The notes beneath the pieces were generated by a model. The model made no database searches, was not told the DNA's origin, and worked only from the letters and a program-made list of their open reading frames with translations. Positions 9,085 through 19,623 of a stretch of 64,000 bases of DNA are shown here, one piece after another. Made by a program: the position numbers and the translations under genes. Source of the DNA: an uncultured Verrucomicrobiae bacterium (lineage in GTDB: Bacteria > Verrucomicrobiota > Verrucomicrobiia > Chthoniobacterales > UBA10450); NCBI GenBank assembly GCA_963815455.1, contig CAWFGO010000001.1, positions 32,001-96,000 on the forward strand. The letters are read 5' to 3'. Numbering within the stretch: the first letter of the stretch is position 1; each line of letters opens with the position of its first letter.

Positions 9085-10884
9085 TCATTGAGCTGCTTTT
9101 AACACTTCGATAAATGCTTCCTGTGGAATATTGACCTTGCCAATGCTTTTCATCCGTTTCTTTCCTTCTTTCTGTTTCTCCAGTAATTTCCGCTTCCGGG
9201 TGATATCGCCGCCGTAGCATTTCGCTGTTACGTTTTTTCGCAAGGCCGAAACACTCTCCCGCGCAATAATTTTTCCGCCGATCGCGGCCTGGATCGCGAC
9301 CTGATAAAGCTGGCGCGGAATGACTTCTTTCAACTTGGAAGCCAGCTGGCGTCCCCTCGCCTCGGCTCGATCCTTGTGCACAATGGTGGAAAAGGCATCG
9401 ACCGGTTCGCCGTTTACCAGCAAATCGAGTTTTACCAATTTTGCCGCGCGATAGCCGGCGTGCTCGTAATCCATCGAACCGTAGCCGCGCGTGATCGACT
9501 TAATCTTGTCGTTAAAATCGACAAGAATCTCGTTTAGCGGAAGTTCGCAATGCAACATCACCCGCCGCGTATCGAGCGATTCGGTGTGGTCCATCTGCCC
9601 ACGTTTTTCGAGAATTAGTTGCAGAATATCGCCGATATTCTCGTTCGGACAGAGCACATACGCTTTCACAATCGGCTCGCGAACCTCCTCGATCAGGCTC
9701 GGGTCGGGCAAATGCGCCGGATTGTCGATCAAAAACGTCTCGCCGCGCGTCGTCTCGATTTCGTAAATCACGCTCGGAGACGTGGCGATGATGTCCATGT
9801 CGTACTCGCGTCGAAGACGCTCCTGAATGATTTCCATATGCAACAGCCCAAGAAATCCGCAGCGAAAACCGAAACCGAGCGCGACCGAGCTTTCCGGTTG
9901 ATAGACAAATGCCGAATCGTTCAGGCGCAGTTTCCCGATGGCCGTTTTCAAATGCTCGAAGTCGGCCGTGTTGATGGGATAAATTCCGCTGAACACCATC
10001 GGATGAATTTCCTGGAACCCGGGCAGTGGTTCGCGTGCCGGATTTCTTTGATCCGTAACCGTGTCGCCAATTTTTAGCTCCGCAGTGGTTTTAATGTTTG
10101 CGATGAAATAACCGACGTCGCCCGCATTTAGGCGCGGCTGCGCGTACATCTTCGGCGTGAATACGCCGACTTCCTTGATTTCGTAGCGCGCGTCGTTTCG
10201 CATCAATTTAATTGCCTGATCCGCTTCCATCTTTCCCGAGACTACGCGCACATAACCGACCACTCCGCGGTAGGCGTCAAACACAGAGTCGAAGACGAGT
10301 GCACGCAAGATCTCATCCTTCGGTTTCTCGGGCGCTGGGATTCGGTGGACAACGGCTTCAAGAATTTCCTCAATCCCGATTCCCATTTTTGCGCTGGCAT
10401 CGATCGCTTCCTCGGCCGGAATCGCGAGGATCTCTTCCAATTGTCGATGAACCGACGGCACGTCCGCATTGGGCAAATCGATCTTGTTGATGATGGGCAC
10501 AATGGTGAGCCCCTGCTTATGCGCGAGATGGACGTTGGCCACCGTCTGCGCCTCAACACCCTGCGCAGCATCGACAATTAGCAACGCGCCTTCACACGCC
10601 GCGAGCGATCGCGAAACTTCATAGGCAAAATCGACATGCCCGGGAGTATCGAGCAGATTCAGTCGATATTTTTCTCCGGATTTGCTCGTGTAATGCATCG
10701 CCACCGGATGCGCCTTGATCGTGATACCACGCTCCCGCTCGAGGTCCATCGAATCGAGCAATTGGTCCTGCTTTTCGCGCTCGTGGATCGTGCCGGTGCG
10801 CTCGAGCAATCGATCCGACAAAGTGGTCTTGCCATGATCGATATGCGCGATGATGCAAAAATTGCGCGTGAACTCGATTGCCAT
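9085..10884 (-). CDS. lepA: Elongation factor 4
   Basis: RNFCIIAHIDHGKTTL, DTPGHVDF, KCYGGDITRKRKLLEKQKEGKKRMK. Confidence 0.98.
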   Translation of the reverse strand: MAIEFTRNFCIIAHIDHGKTTLSDRLLERTGTIHEREKQDQLLDSMDLERERGITIKAHPVAMHYTSKSGEKYRLNLLDTPGHVDFAYEVSRSLAACEGALLIVDAAQGVEAQTVANVHLAHKQGLTIVPIINKIDLPNADVPSVHRQLEEILAIPAEEAIDASAKMGIGIEEILEAVVHRIPAPEKPKDEILRALVFDSVFDAYRGVVGYVRVVSGKMEADQAIKLMRNDARYEIKEVGVFTPKMYAQPRLNAGDVGYFIANIKTTAELKIGDTVTDQRNPAREPLPGFQEIHPMVFSGIYPINTADFEHLKTAIGKLRLNDSAFVYQPESSVALGFGFRCGFLGLLHMEIIQERLRREYDMDIIATSPSVIYEIETTRGETFLIDNPAHLPDPSLIEEVREPIVKAYVLCPNENIGDILQLILEKRGQMDHTESLDTRRVMLHCELPLNEILVDFNDKIKSITRGYGSMDYEHAGYRAAKLVKLDLLVNGEPVDAFSTIVHKDRAEARGRQLASKLKEVIPRQLYQVAIQAAIGGKIIARESVSALRKNVTAKCYGGDITRKRKLLEKQKEGKKRMKSIGKVNIPQEAFIEVLKAAQ

Positions 10885-10941
10885 GGGAGGGGCACTATGC
10901 TGGCGCACCGGCGGTGGGTCAATCAGCTGCCCTTCCTACCA

Positions 10942-11027
10942 CTGTCATCCTAAGCGGAGTCGAAGGATCCCGTGGCGCCGCCTTCAACTTGTTCAACGGG
11001 ATGTCTCGACTTCGCTCGACATGACAG
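10942..11027. repeat. TGTCAT-type REP doublet
   Basis: CTGTCATCCTAAGCGGAGTCGAAGGATCCC...GGGATGTCTCGACTTCGCTCGACATGACAG; family present at 8 loci in the window. Confidence 0.88.
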
Positions 11028-11057
11028 CTTTTGTTGCGCTACGCTAGGATCGACAAT

Positions 11058-11561
11058 ATGCCAAAACTCGTCGTCAGCGGAACTGCTCACGAACTCACCG
11101 ATGAGCTCGTCACCATCGGGCGGGCTCCGGACAACTTGATCGTGATCGATGATCCATCCGTCTCGGGACGCCACGCGGAGATTCGGTTAAGCGGAGAAAT
11201 CTACAACCTCAAGGATCTCGGATCGACCAACGGAACGCGTGTCAACGGCATCCCGATTACCGAAACTGCTCTACGCTCCAACGATCGAATCCGTTTCGGC
11301 GCAATCGATGCCCGCTACGAATCCGACCAGCGCGGGTCGGAACCTTTGCCTCAACTCGAGGAAATCACAGCCAAACCGGCCGAGTCGAGCATGGCGCCCG
11401 TCGATTTCGCTAATGCGTCACCATTTCCGCGGCGCAAACAGAAGAGTGACCCGGTCCGCACCGCAATTTTGGGCGTCGCCGTTGTTGCATTCATCGCCTT
11501 CCTTGGCAGCATGATCGCCGTGCTGATGATGCACGCGCCGGGTCTTGAGGCCATGCTCTGA
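11058..11561 (+). CDS. FHA-domain membrane protein
   Basis: TIGR, SVSGRHA, DLGSTNGT; C-terminal TM helix. Confidence 0.9.
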   Translation: MPKLVVSGTAHELTDELVTIGRAPDNLIVIDDPSVSGRHAEIRLSGEIYNLKDLGSTNGTRVNGIPITETALRSNDRIRFGAIDARYESDQRGSEPLPQLEEITAKPAESSMAPVDFANASPFPRRKQKSDPVRTAILGVAVVAFIAFLGSMIAVLMMHAPGLEAML

Positions 11562-11569
11562 GATGCTTT

Positions 11570-11652
11570 TGGAGGGACATGCTTCCGCATGTCCAGGACG
11601 TGCAGAAGCACGTCCCTCCGCCTCAAGGCACGCTCCACGGATGCCCCTCCAA
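11570..11652. repeat. GGAG-tagged REP-like hairpin cluster
   Basis: GGAGGGACATGC..GCATGTCC and GGACGTGC..GCACGTCCCTCC hairpins in an intergenic spacer. Confidence 0.6.
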
Positions 11653-11734
11653 CGAGGCAATCGTTGCTTGTCACGAACAGTCTGCACTTTGTCTGTGAAA
11701 ATCTGCGAAATCTGCGGATGATATATGTCGCAAA

Positions 11735-12421
11735 ATGACAAAAACGCGTCTTCTTCTTTTCGATATCGATGGCACGCTCATCAATTCGGGCGGCGCGGGT
11801 ATCCAGGCGCTAAAGGTAGCGCTTACGGAGCGCTTCAGCATCGCCGACGACCTCCACGACATCGAAATTGCCGGCATGACCGACTCCGGGATCGTTGTCA
11901 GCATCTTGAACAAGCACAAAATCCCGGCGACGAATGAGAACATCGCCGCATTCCTCGACAGCTACGCCCATTTCCTTTCGCTCGAATTGCCTCGGCGTTC
12001 CGGCGCACTTCTTCCCGGTGTGCGCGAATTGCTCGAGAAATTGAAATCAAGAAAGCACGTTGTCCTGGCGTTGCTGACAGGAAATATCTCGCGCGGCGCG
12101 CAGCTAAAGCTCGAACATTACGGGGTCTGGCACTTTTTCGAGTTCGGAGCGTTTGCCGATGACCACCACGATCGAAATCAGCTGGGCCCTTTCGCCCGGG
12201 CTCGGGCCAGGGAAATACACGGACGCGAATTCTCCGCCGCCGAGATCGACGTGATCGGAGATACCCCGCGCGACATTGCCTGCGGAAAGGCTTTCGGCGC
12301 TCGCACCATTGCCGTCGCGACCGGGACCTGGAGTCGCGAGCAGCTTTCCCAGCATCACCCGGATTTTCTTATTGATGACCTTGCCGATGTCGATCATCTG
12401 ATCGATACACTCGGGTGGTGA
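11735..12421 (+). CDS. HAD-family hydrolase
   Basis: LFDIDGTL, LLTGN, IGDTPRDI. Confidence 0.92.
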   Translation: MTKTRLLLFDIDGTLINSGGAGIQALKVALTERFSIADDLHDIEIAGMTDSGIVVSILNKHKIPATNENIAAFLDSYAHFLSLELPRRSGALLPGVRELLEKLKSRKHVVLALLTGNISRGAQLKLEHYGVWHFFEFGAFADDHHDRNQLGPFARARAREIHGREFSAAEIDVIGDTPRDIACGKAFGARTIAVATGTWSREQLSQHHPDFLIDDLADVDHLIDTLGW

Positions 12422-12442
12422 CTGAATAACGATGGGGGATAA

Positions 12443-12790
12443 ATGAAAAAACCAGCACCGCCAGCCGTTATAGCACCGCGGAAAGATCGTCCGAATGTTC
12501 TGCCGCTCCAGGGCGAAATCGATCTGCACGTCTCGCCGATTGTCGCGGCGGCGCTTGCCAGGATGACCGAGAAAAGGCCGAGCAAGCTGATTGTCGATCT
12601 TTCCGGCGCGACCTATTTGGACAGCTCCGGTTTGGCGGTATTGATCGAAGCCATGCAGAACGTGGGAGAGTACGGGGGCGAATTCGCGCTGGCTGGCCTG
12701 CAGGAAAGCGTTCGCCCCATCTTCGAGATCGCCAAGCTCGATCAGGTCTTCCGAATTTTTCCGGACACCGATGCCGCCCTGGCCGGGTAG
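12443..12790 (+). CDS. STAS anti-sigma factor antagonist
   Basis: GEIDLH, DLSGATYLDSSGLAVL. Confidence 0.92.
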   Translation: MKKPAPPAVIAPRKDRPNVLPLQGEIDLHVSPIVAAALARMTEKRPSKLIVDLSGATYLDSSGLAVLIEAMQNVGEYGGEFALAGLQESVRPIFEIAKLDQVFRIFPDTDAALAG

Positions 12791-12972
12791 CGCACTGCCT
12801 GCCCGCCTGGGTGCGGGCGTCTCGCGTGCTGGCGGGCGAACAGGCTCCAACGCCTGAATTTTTCCCGATTTTCTCGTTGCGCTTCCAACCCTTCGGGACT
12901 GCTCCGAGTCGCCAGGCATGCCCGACTACCCTGACAGGATGGGAAGCCTGTCCTCCCATCTGTTTTCCCTCC

Positions 12973-13365
12973 TCACCAAACGATTTTGACGCCGTACGGT
13001 TTGAAGCGGCGGTCGGCGGTCAGAATGACGAGGTCTTCCACGTCGGCCTGGGCGATGAGCATCCGATCGAATGGGTCTTTGTGGTGCCATGGTAAATCTT
13101 GCAGGCGCCGACAGTGTTCTGGTTGAATCTCAATGCGCACCGCGCCGATCTCGCGCAGTTCGTTTACCAACTCCTGATGCCACTTCCCAGGCAATGCGAC
13201 ATCGAACCCGCCCTTGCTCAGCTTCAGCGCGATTTCCCAGAAACTCACCACCGAAAAAGCCAGCCGTTCCACCCGCTCGATCTCCAAACGCGCGCGTCGC
13301 GACAGACGCGGATCGTCGGTGGTCATCCAGAGAAGCGCATGCGTATCGAGCAGGATTCCTTTCAC
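12973..13365 (-). CDS. vapC: VapC PIN-domain toxin
   Basis: LLDTHALLW, SFWEI, HKDPFDRMLIAQA, LTAD. Confidence 0.93.
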   Translation of the reverse strand: MKGILLDTHALLWMTTDDPRLSRRARLEIERVERLAFSVVSFWEIALKLSKGGFDVALPGKWHQELVNELREIGAVRIEIQPEHCRRLQDLPWHHKDPFDRMLIAQADVEDLVILTADRRFKPYGVKIVW

Positions 13366-13631
13366 CTGGATTGGAGCGGATCGCGGCGATCGGCCCGGTA
13401 AAACTCGCGCTCGATTTCCCGGTTCACCCTTTTCTCGTTAAAGGCGCGGCCGGGCTTACGGCGCCAATGCTTGAGTCCCCCGGTTCTGCGCCCGGCTCGC
13501 GGGGATGTCACCGGCTCGAGCCGGACCAGCGGCTTATCGCGATTGGCAATGATGACTTCTTCACCGTCCAGTGCCTTGCCGATCAATTTCGATAGATGAG
13601 TTTTGGCCTGATGGATAGTGGCTTGCGTCAC
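13362..13631 (-). CDS. Phd/YefM-family antitoxin
   Basis: IHQAKTHLSKLI..GEEVII; 4-nt overlap with vapC. Confidence 0.9.
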   Translation of the reverse strand: MTQATIHQAKTHLSKLIGKALDGEEVIIANRDKPLVRLEPVTSPRAGRRTGGLKHWRRKPGRAFNEKRVNREIEREFYRADRRDPLQSR

Positions 13632-13664
13632 GGACGCTGAACTTAGCTAAGATGCTTAGTCATG

Positions 13665-14765
13665 TCAAAGGCGACACGCGCCAACCAGAATCGCGAGCGT
13701 TTGCTCGACGTTTTTTGCGATGCCGAATTGCGATGCTCGCTCGATGATGGCGGATCTTGCCTCAGCGCGCCGCGATGAATCCGACCAAAAACGAATCGCG
13801 TCCCGCAGGGCCGCGATATTGTTTGGAGCATCGACAATCGATCCGTGCGCGCCGTCGTCGATGATTTCGCTGAATCCGTTGCTGCGAGTTGTGATAACGG
13901 GAAGGCCCGACGCGAGCGCTTCGAGGCATCCGTTCGAAAACGGATCGTAGATTGTCGGCAGGATGAAAATGTCCGCTGCGGCATAAACCTGGCGAAGATC
14001 TGCCATTTCGCCGAGAAACCGGACAAATGATCGCTGGAATTTTTGCTCATCACCACGGCCCGCCACTAACAGTCGTAACTTCGGGTTCTTGCACGCCTCA
14101 ATCGCCTTTACGGCAAAACGCAATCCTTTTCGCTCCCAGCCGGAACCGGCGAATAGCACTGCGACTTCGTCCTTATTCAGTTTCAGATCTGTCCATGATC
14201 GTTCCCGGAACGCGGCATCGAAGCGAAATTCCTCGAGCGGCACGCCATTCCGCACAATATCGATCCGATCGGCAGGATAACCGTAAAAATCGCCGATTTC
14301 TTTCTTAACCATCTGAGAATTGGCAATCACCCGACTCGACTCTCGATTACCCAGAAGCGACTCTTCCAGTCGCAGGATATCATGGTGTTTGCGATTGAAA
14401 CCCCGCACGAGATTGGCAAAGGGGCCCCCGAACCTTTTTCTGCGTTCCAACCATGCTCGATGGACACCGTCACCTGCGCGATAAACATCGCACTGCCAGA
14501 TGCGCTCAAAGCTCATTAGCACATCGCACTGGATCTGGGATTGCATCCTTTTGACTTCGTCCGCGAATGCGATGGGCGACGTTGCTTGTAATCGCATGAT
14601 TTCATTGAAGGACAAATCATCGTGGGGCCAGTCCTCTGACGTAAAAAGGTGCGCGTGATGACCCTGAGCGACCAGGCCGCGGGCCAGCCGTTTCAAATAA
14701 GCTTCGGCGCCGCCGCTCGGAGAGTATCCGCGGCGGACAAAAGCGATACGAAGTTTTTCTGTCAT
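13665..14765 (-). CDS. GT4 glycosyltransferase (WaaG/RfaG-like)
   Basis: GGAEAY, DVYRAGDGVH, RKGL, YDPFSNGCLEALASGLP; ATG lies in the end of a REP. Confidence 0.9.
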   Translation of the reverse strand: MTEKLRIAFVRRGYSPSGGAEAYLKRLARGLVAQGHHAHLFTSEDWPHDDLSFNEIMRLQATSPIAFADEVKRMQSQIQCDVLMSFERIWQCDVYRAGDGVHRAWLERRKRFGGPFANLVRGFNRKHHDILRLEESLLGNRESSRVIANSQMVKKEIGDFYGYPADRIDIVRNGVPLEEFRFDAAFRERSWTDLKLNKDEVAVLFAGSGWERKGLRFAVKAIEACKNPKLRLLVAGRGDEQKFQRSFVRFLGEMADLRQVYAAADIFILPTIYDPFSNGCLEALASGLPVITTRSNGFSEIIDDGAHGSIVDAPNNIAALRDAIRFWSDSSRRAEARSAIIERASQFGIAKNVEQTLAILVGACRL

Positions 14766-14842
14766 GTCGAGCGAAGTCGAGACATCCCGTGGCGAACCGA
14801 GGTGTTTTGCATCGGGATTCCTCGACTCCGCTCGGAATGACA
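14760..14842. repeat. TGTCAT-type REP doublet
   Basis: TGTCATGTCGAGCGAAGTCGAGACATCCC...GGGATTCCTCGACTCCGCTCGGAATGACA. Confidence 0.9.
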
Positions 14843-14880
14843 ACTTTACTTGCCTTTGTCCGCCACAATAGTTGCAAAGA

Positions 14881-16091
14881 ATGCCAGGTGAAATCTTAAA
14901 CGCAGGCACCCTTCCGGGAGCCCCCACAGCAAGGCAGCTCCCCCTGCCCAAGAGCTTACTTTACTCGATCTTCGCCCGCATCGGGGGGCCCGGGCTTGAT
15001 ACCGATTCGTTTGAAGCGTTGCGCGCGTCCTATCGTGGTGGGTTTCTCGGGCGGGCGATCGCCTACGATAATCGCCAGTCAGAGATTCCAGCGCGATTCA
15101 TTCAGTCGTTGCGCTGGCATCCCGTGCGCCTGATTTCCTTTCTCGATCGACCATATTATTACGGCGCAAAAAAGAAATATCTCGACTGGATCGCTTCACG
15201 CCACTTGGCAACGGGGCGTTACGATTTTTTTCACAGTTGGTCGGGGGACTGTCTGCAAACCCTGCGGATTGCCAAACAAAAGAAAATTCCATCGCTCATC
15301 GAAATCCCAACATGGCACCGGGATCGCGCAACGGGAAACGCGCCCCGCGCCACACGATCGACATCGACTACCTGGAAATCGCGCTTGTTACTCGAACACG
15401 AGCGCTTCATCGAAGAATACGATCTGGCCGATCTGATAGTCGTTCTTTCAGAAAAAGCGACTGAGACATTTCGCGAACGCGGTTTTCCGGACGAAAAACT
15501 TTATTATTTGCCGCGCGGCGTGGATGTGGACCGGTTCAAACGGCCGGGAACGGGCGGAAGCGGCCGCCTAATTTTCGCGCGATCTTTTCCGGCGCTTTAA
15601 TCGAACGCAAAGGAATTCATCATCTACTGGAAGCATGGGCCCGGCTTGATCTGAAAAATGCGGAGCTGTGGCTGATCGGCGCCGTTCATGAAGAAGCGAA
15701 GCCGCATCTGCAAAAATTTTGGCGCGACAACATCAAAGTTGTCGGATTTGTGCGCGATCCGGAGAATTATCTCAATCAGGGCACCGTTTACGTATTTCCA
15801 TCGCAGTGGGAAGGCAGCGCGAAAACGATTTACGAAGCCGCCGCTTGCGGTCTGCCAATGATCACAACGCGCGAGGCCGGCGATGTGGTTCGGGATGACG
15901 TGGAGGGGATCATCGTGCAACCGGGAGATGTCGATGCTATCGCCGCGGCGTTGGAACAATTATATCGGCATCCGGAAACAGTTGAGCGCATGGGCCGCGC
16001 CGCCCGCCAGCGGGTGGTGGAAAATTTCACGTGGGATCATTACCGAACGCGATTACTGGAAGCGTACACGACTGCGATGCAAAAGCCGTAA
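14881..16091 (+). CDS. GT4 glycosyltransferase, frameshifted near 15540-15575
   Basis: N-half ends RGVDVDRFK; another frame continues FRAIFSGALIERKGIHHLLEAW...FPSQWEGSAKTIYEAAACGLP. Confidence 0.82.
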
Positions 16092-16100
16092 TGATTTCTT

Positions 16101-17111
16101 GTGAAGATTCTGCTCCTTCAACTAAAGCGGATCGGCGACCTGATTGTAACGACTCCGGCGATCGCCGCGTTGCGCGAAACATTTCCAGACGCACATATCA
16201 CACTCATTGTTTCGAATGAGTGTGCCGCCTTGATTCCGGCGATTTCGAATGTCGATCGTATCCTCGTCGTCTGTCGCAATCTGAGCGATCTCGCAATCAT
16301 CTTTGCGATTGCCCGTCAGAAATTCGATTATTGCATCGATTTCACCCGAAACGATCGCTCGGCTCTTTTGGCTTTCGTGTCCGGCGCGCAAAAGCGGGTG
16401 GTATCCGAACGCATCAAGCATAAATCAAAAATCCGCGCGCGAATTTACAACGAGTTTGTGCCGCATCGTATGCGCGACATGCAAACGCTCGATTACAATC
16501 TGGCGTTGATCGAACCGCTCGGAATTAGGAATGCCTCGCGCCGGATGCATCTGAAACTGCCGCAGGTCGCGCACGAAATGGCCGATTCGCTTCGACGCGA
16601 TACCAAGATCGACAGTTCCTTCATCGTGTTTCATCCCGGCTCAGCGCGCCCGGAAAAATTCTGGGAGGCGCAACGATGGGCCGACGTGATCGATCATGCG
16701 CGGTCGACCTGGCAACTCAACGTCGTGCTCACCGGCGGCAGCTCCGATTTTGAGCAACAACATATCCGTGAAATCAAATCGAAAGCGCGTCAACGCATCG
16801 CCGATCTTTCCGGTAAAACTGATCTGCTCACGCTGGCCGCGCTGATCGCAAAGGCGCGATTGCTTGTAACTGTGGACTCCGCGCCGATGCATCTCGCCGC
16901 CGCGACCAGCACGCCGCAGGTTGTTCTGTTCGGCCCGACAAATCCGTTTCACTGGCGACCGCAGGATAGCCCGGCGCTAATCATGCAGGGACCATCGACA
17001 TCTCCAATCGCCGAATTTGCAGCGAAACAGGCCCGGTTTTCAATGAACCAAATCTCGACGCAAGCGGTGATTAGTGCTATGGAATCGCTGCTGTCATCCC
17101 CCGCGGCGTAG
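16101..17111 (+). CDS. GT9 LPS heptosyltransferase
   Basis: RIGDLI..TP, FHPGS..KFW, VDSAPMHLAAA, LFGPT. Confidence 0.92.
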   Translation: MKILLLQLKRIGDLIVTTPAIAALRETFPDAHITLIVSNECAALIPAISNVDRILVVCRNLSDLAIIFAIARQKFDYCIDFTRNDRSALLAFVSGAQKRVVSERIKHKSKIRARIYNEFVPHRMRDMQTLDYNLALIEPLGIRNASRRMHLKLPQVAHEMADSLRRDTKIDSSFIVFHPGSARPEKFWEAQRWADVIDHARSTWQLNVVLTGGSSDFEQQHIREIKSKARQRIADLSGKTDLLTLAALIAKARLLVTVDSAPMHLAAATSTPQVVLFGPTNPFHWRPQDSPALIMQGPSTSPIAEFAAKQARFSMNQISTQAVISAMESLLSSPAA

Positions 17112-17117
17112 CTGCAC

Positions 17118-19008
17118 ATGAAAGATAAGGAAGGCCAGAAGGTAAAGCTGTCGTTCCGGGAAACGATCGAGGCCTCGCGCACACTGTATCGTCGCCTCTT
17201 CGGTTACGTGCGACCGTACAAATGGCGATTTGTGGTGGGGCTGATGTTCGGTCTGGCGTTCGGTGCGACCAACGGCCTTCTGCCGCTGGCAGTGGCCCAG
17301 GTCTCCACTTTTATTTTCCACGGCGCAGTACCCGAATCCAAAAATGCTGTGGGGGCACCGTGAGATGTTGAACACGGGCCCTCAAATCAATTCGATCGGG
17401 CTGATTTGCATATTGATTCCTCTCATCATGATCGTCCGCAGTCTCCTTGACTTCGGGAACGCCTATTACATGAACTGGGTAAGCAATCGAGTTGTGCTCG
17501 ACATTCGGAACCAGCTTTTCTCGAAGCTGGTCCATCATTCGATGGATTTCTTCAATCGAATGCGAGTCGGGTTTCTCATGTCGCGCATTGCCAACGACAC
17601 GCGCAGCATGCAAATGGCGCTGAGCACGGTCAGCAGCGATGTTTTTAAACAACCGATGTCGATCCTGGGCGGCCTTACCGCGCTGCTCCTGATGGATTGG
17701 AAATTTACCATCGTGACAATGATTCTTTTTCCCACCTGTATCGTGCCGATGCGTTTGCTGGCACAACGCGCGCGCCGTGCAGTGCAAAGCGAACAGAAGG
17801 GCATCGGTCAGATGACCGTGACGATGCAGGAAACTTTCACCGGGATTCGAGTGGTTAAATCGTTTGGGCGAGAAGAATTTCAAGAAAGGACGTTTAAGCG
17901 CGCCACTCAGCAGCAGTTCTCAAATGCCATGCGCATGGTCAAGACGATGGAAGCCATGGGGCCAATGGTGGAGGCCATCGCTTCAATCGGCGTCGGTCTC
18001 GCGCTCTTTTACGTTTATGCGGCCAATCTGCCGGCCGGCCGCTTTCTCGGACTTATCAGCGGCATTTTTATTCTCTACGCGCCGATCAAGACGTTGAGCA
18101 AGCTTCACATTGTGATGCAACGTTCGATTGCGGCTACGACCAAAATTTTTGGCCTGCTCGACTCAACCCCAAGCGTGCAGAATTCACCGAGCGCCGCACC
18201 GCTTACTGTCTCCCGCGGGCAAATCGAATTCGAGAGCGTCACTTTTCGTTACGCCACCGGAATCACCGACGCGGTTCAAAATATTAGTTTGCGGGTCGAG
18301 CCCGGGAAAACATTCGCGCTGGTCGGCGCGAGCGGTGCAGGCAAAAGCACGATTCTTTCTCTCATCTTGCGGTTGTACGATCCCACAGCCGGAGTCATTC
18401 GGATCGACGGACAGGACGTGCGCAACGTCACGCAAAAATCTCTGCGGCAGCAGATCGGTCTTGTGACCCAGGAAACATTTCTGTTCCACGACACGATTTT
18501 CAAGAATATCCAGTTCGGCCGACTGGACGCGACGCCGGAGGAAGTTTACGCCGCAGCTCAAACCGCGTTCGCGCACAGCTTCATCATGGCCCAGCCCAAC
18601 GGTTACGAAACCGTCATCGGTGACAAAGGCTGTTTGCTCTCCGGCGGGCAACAGCAACGCGTTGCCATCGCCCGCGCGCTCTTGAAGAATGCGCCCATTT
18701 TGCTACTCGACGAGGCGACTTCATCGCTCGATTCTGAATCCGAAAAGCAAATTCAAGAAGCGCTGGAGAAATTGACTACCGGCCGGACCGTGATTGCAAT
18801 CGCCCACCGCCTCTCGACCATTTTGTCCGCGGATCAGATTGTGGTGATGGATCATGGGCAAATCAAGGAAATCGGCACGCACGCGGAGTTGATCGAGAAA
18901 TCCGGCCACTATCGCCGGCTATACGATTTACAGTTCAATCATCCTGAGGAGCCCGAGCACTCGGAAACGACGCCTGAACCGGATGTGCTCGAGGAAGAGC
19001 TAGTCTAA
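17118..19008 (+). CDS. msbA: MsbA-like ABC exporter (TMD+NBD), frameshift near 17330
   Basis: GASGAGKST, LSGGQQQR, LLLDEATSSLD; N-terminus is in ORF 17118-17363; LPS gene context. Confidence 0.8.
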
Positions 19009-19054
19009 TTGTGGCGGCGATCTCCAATCGCCGCACTTTGGGTTTCGAGCGAGG

Positions 19055-19594
19055 CTACAACAATTTCGCGAGAGCACCGCGACGATGTTCGTGTTCGTCG
19101 TCGCTTAAAACAGGGTCGAATCGAATTCCGGAGGCCGGCTCGGGCAAGTTCACCCAGGATCGACATCCGCCAAATCCCTTTTCATTTGCGATCGTCCATG
19201 TTGGCTGAACGCGAAATACTCGCACAAAAGCAACCTGCAGTCCCGGCGCCCGATCGTAGTCAAAACGTTCGCGAACAACGCTCGGCTGCAGGATATGCAA
19301 GGGCCCGAGCGCTTCCGCGATTTCCCATGATGTAATCACATGAGACGACTCCAGTTTGGCAAAATGCTTGATGTCGATCTTGTCGGCGTTTGGTTCCGGG
19401 AATTCAATCCCGGTCTGGCGAACTTTCTCGGGTTGCTCGTGAAACCACGTGGGGAAAAGAAAGAACTCGGAATGGCGAAAGCTAAATCCGTCTCGGCCTT
19501 CGGCGATGCCGCCTTTGCGCAGGATGATGCTCTGCTCACCCCGCCCGAGCGCTTCACAGACGATCGCCCATTCCTTGAATCCAACACTTTCCAT
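19055..19594 (-). CDS. DUF1802 family protein
   Basis: KEWAIVCEALGRGEQSIILRKGGIAE, GGCRSWV. Confidence 0.85.
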   Translation of the reverse strand: MESVGFKEWAIVCEALGRGEQSIILRKGGIAEGRDGFSFRHSEFFLFPTWFHEQPEKVRQTGIEFPEPNADKIDIKHFAKLESSHVITSWEIAEALGPLHILQPSVVRERFDYDRAPGLQVAFVRVFRVQPTWTIANEKGFGGCRSWVNLPEPASGIRFDPVLSDDEHEHRRGALAKLL

Positions 19595-19623
19595 TTCGCT
19601 TTCGCCAAAGTACCTTGCCTGGA

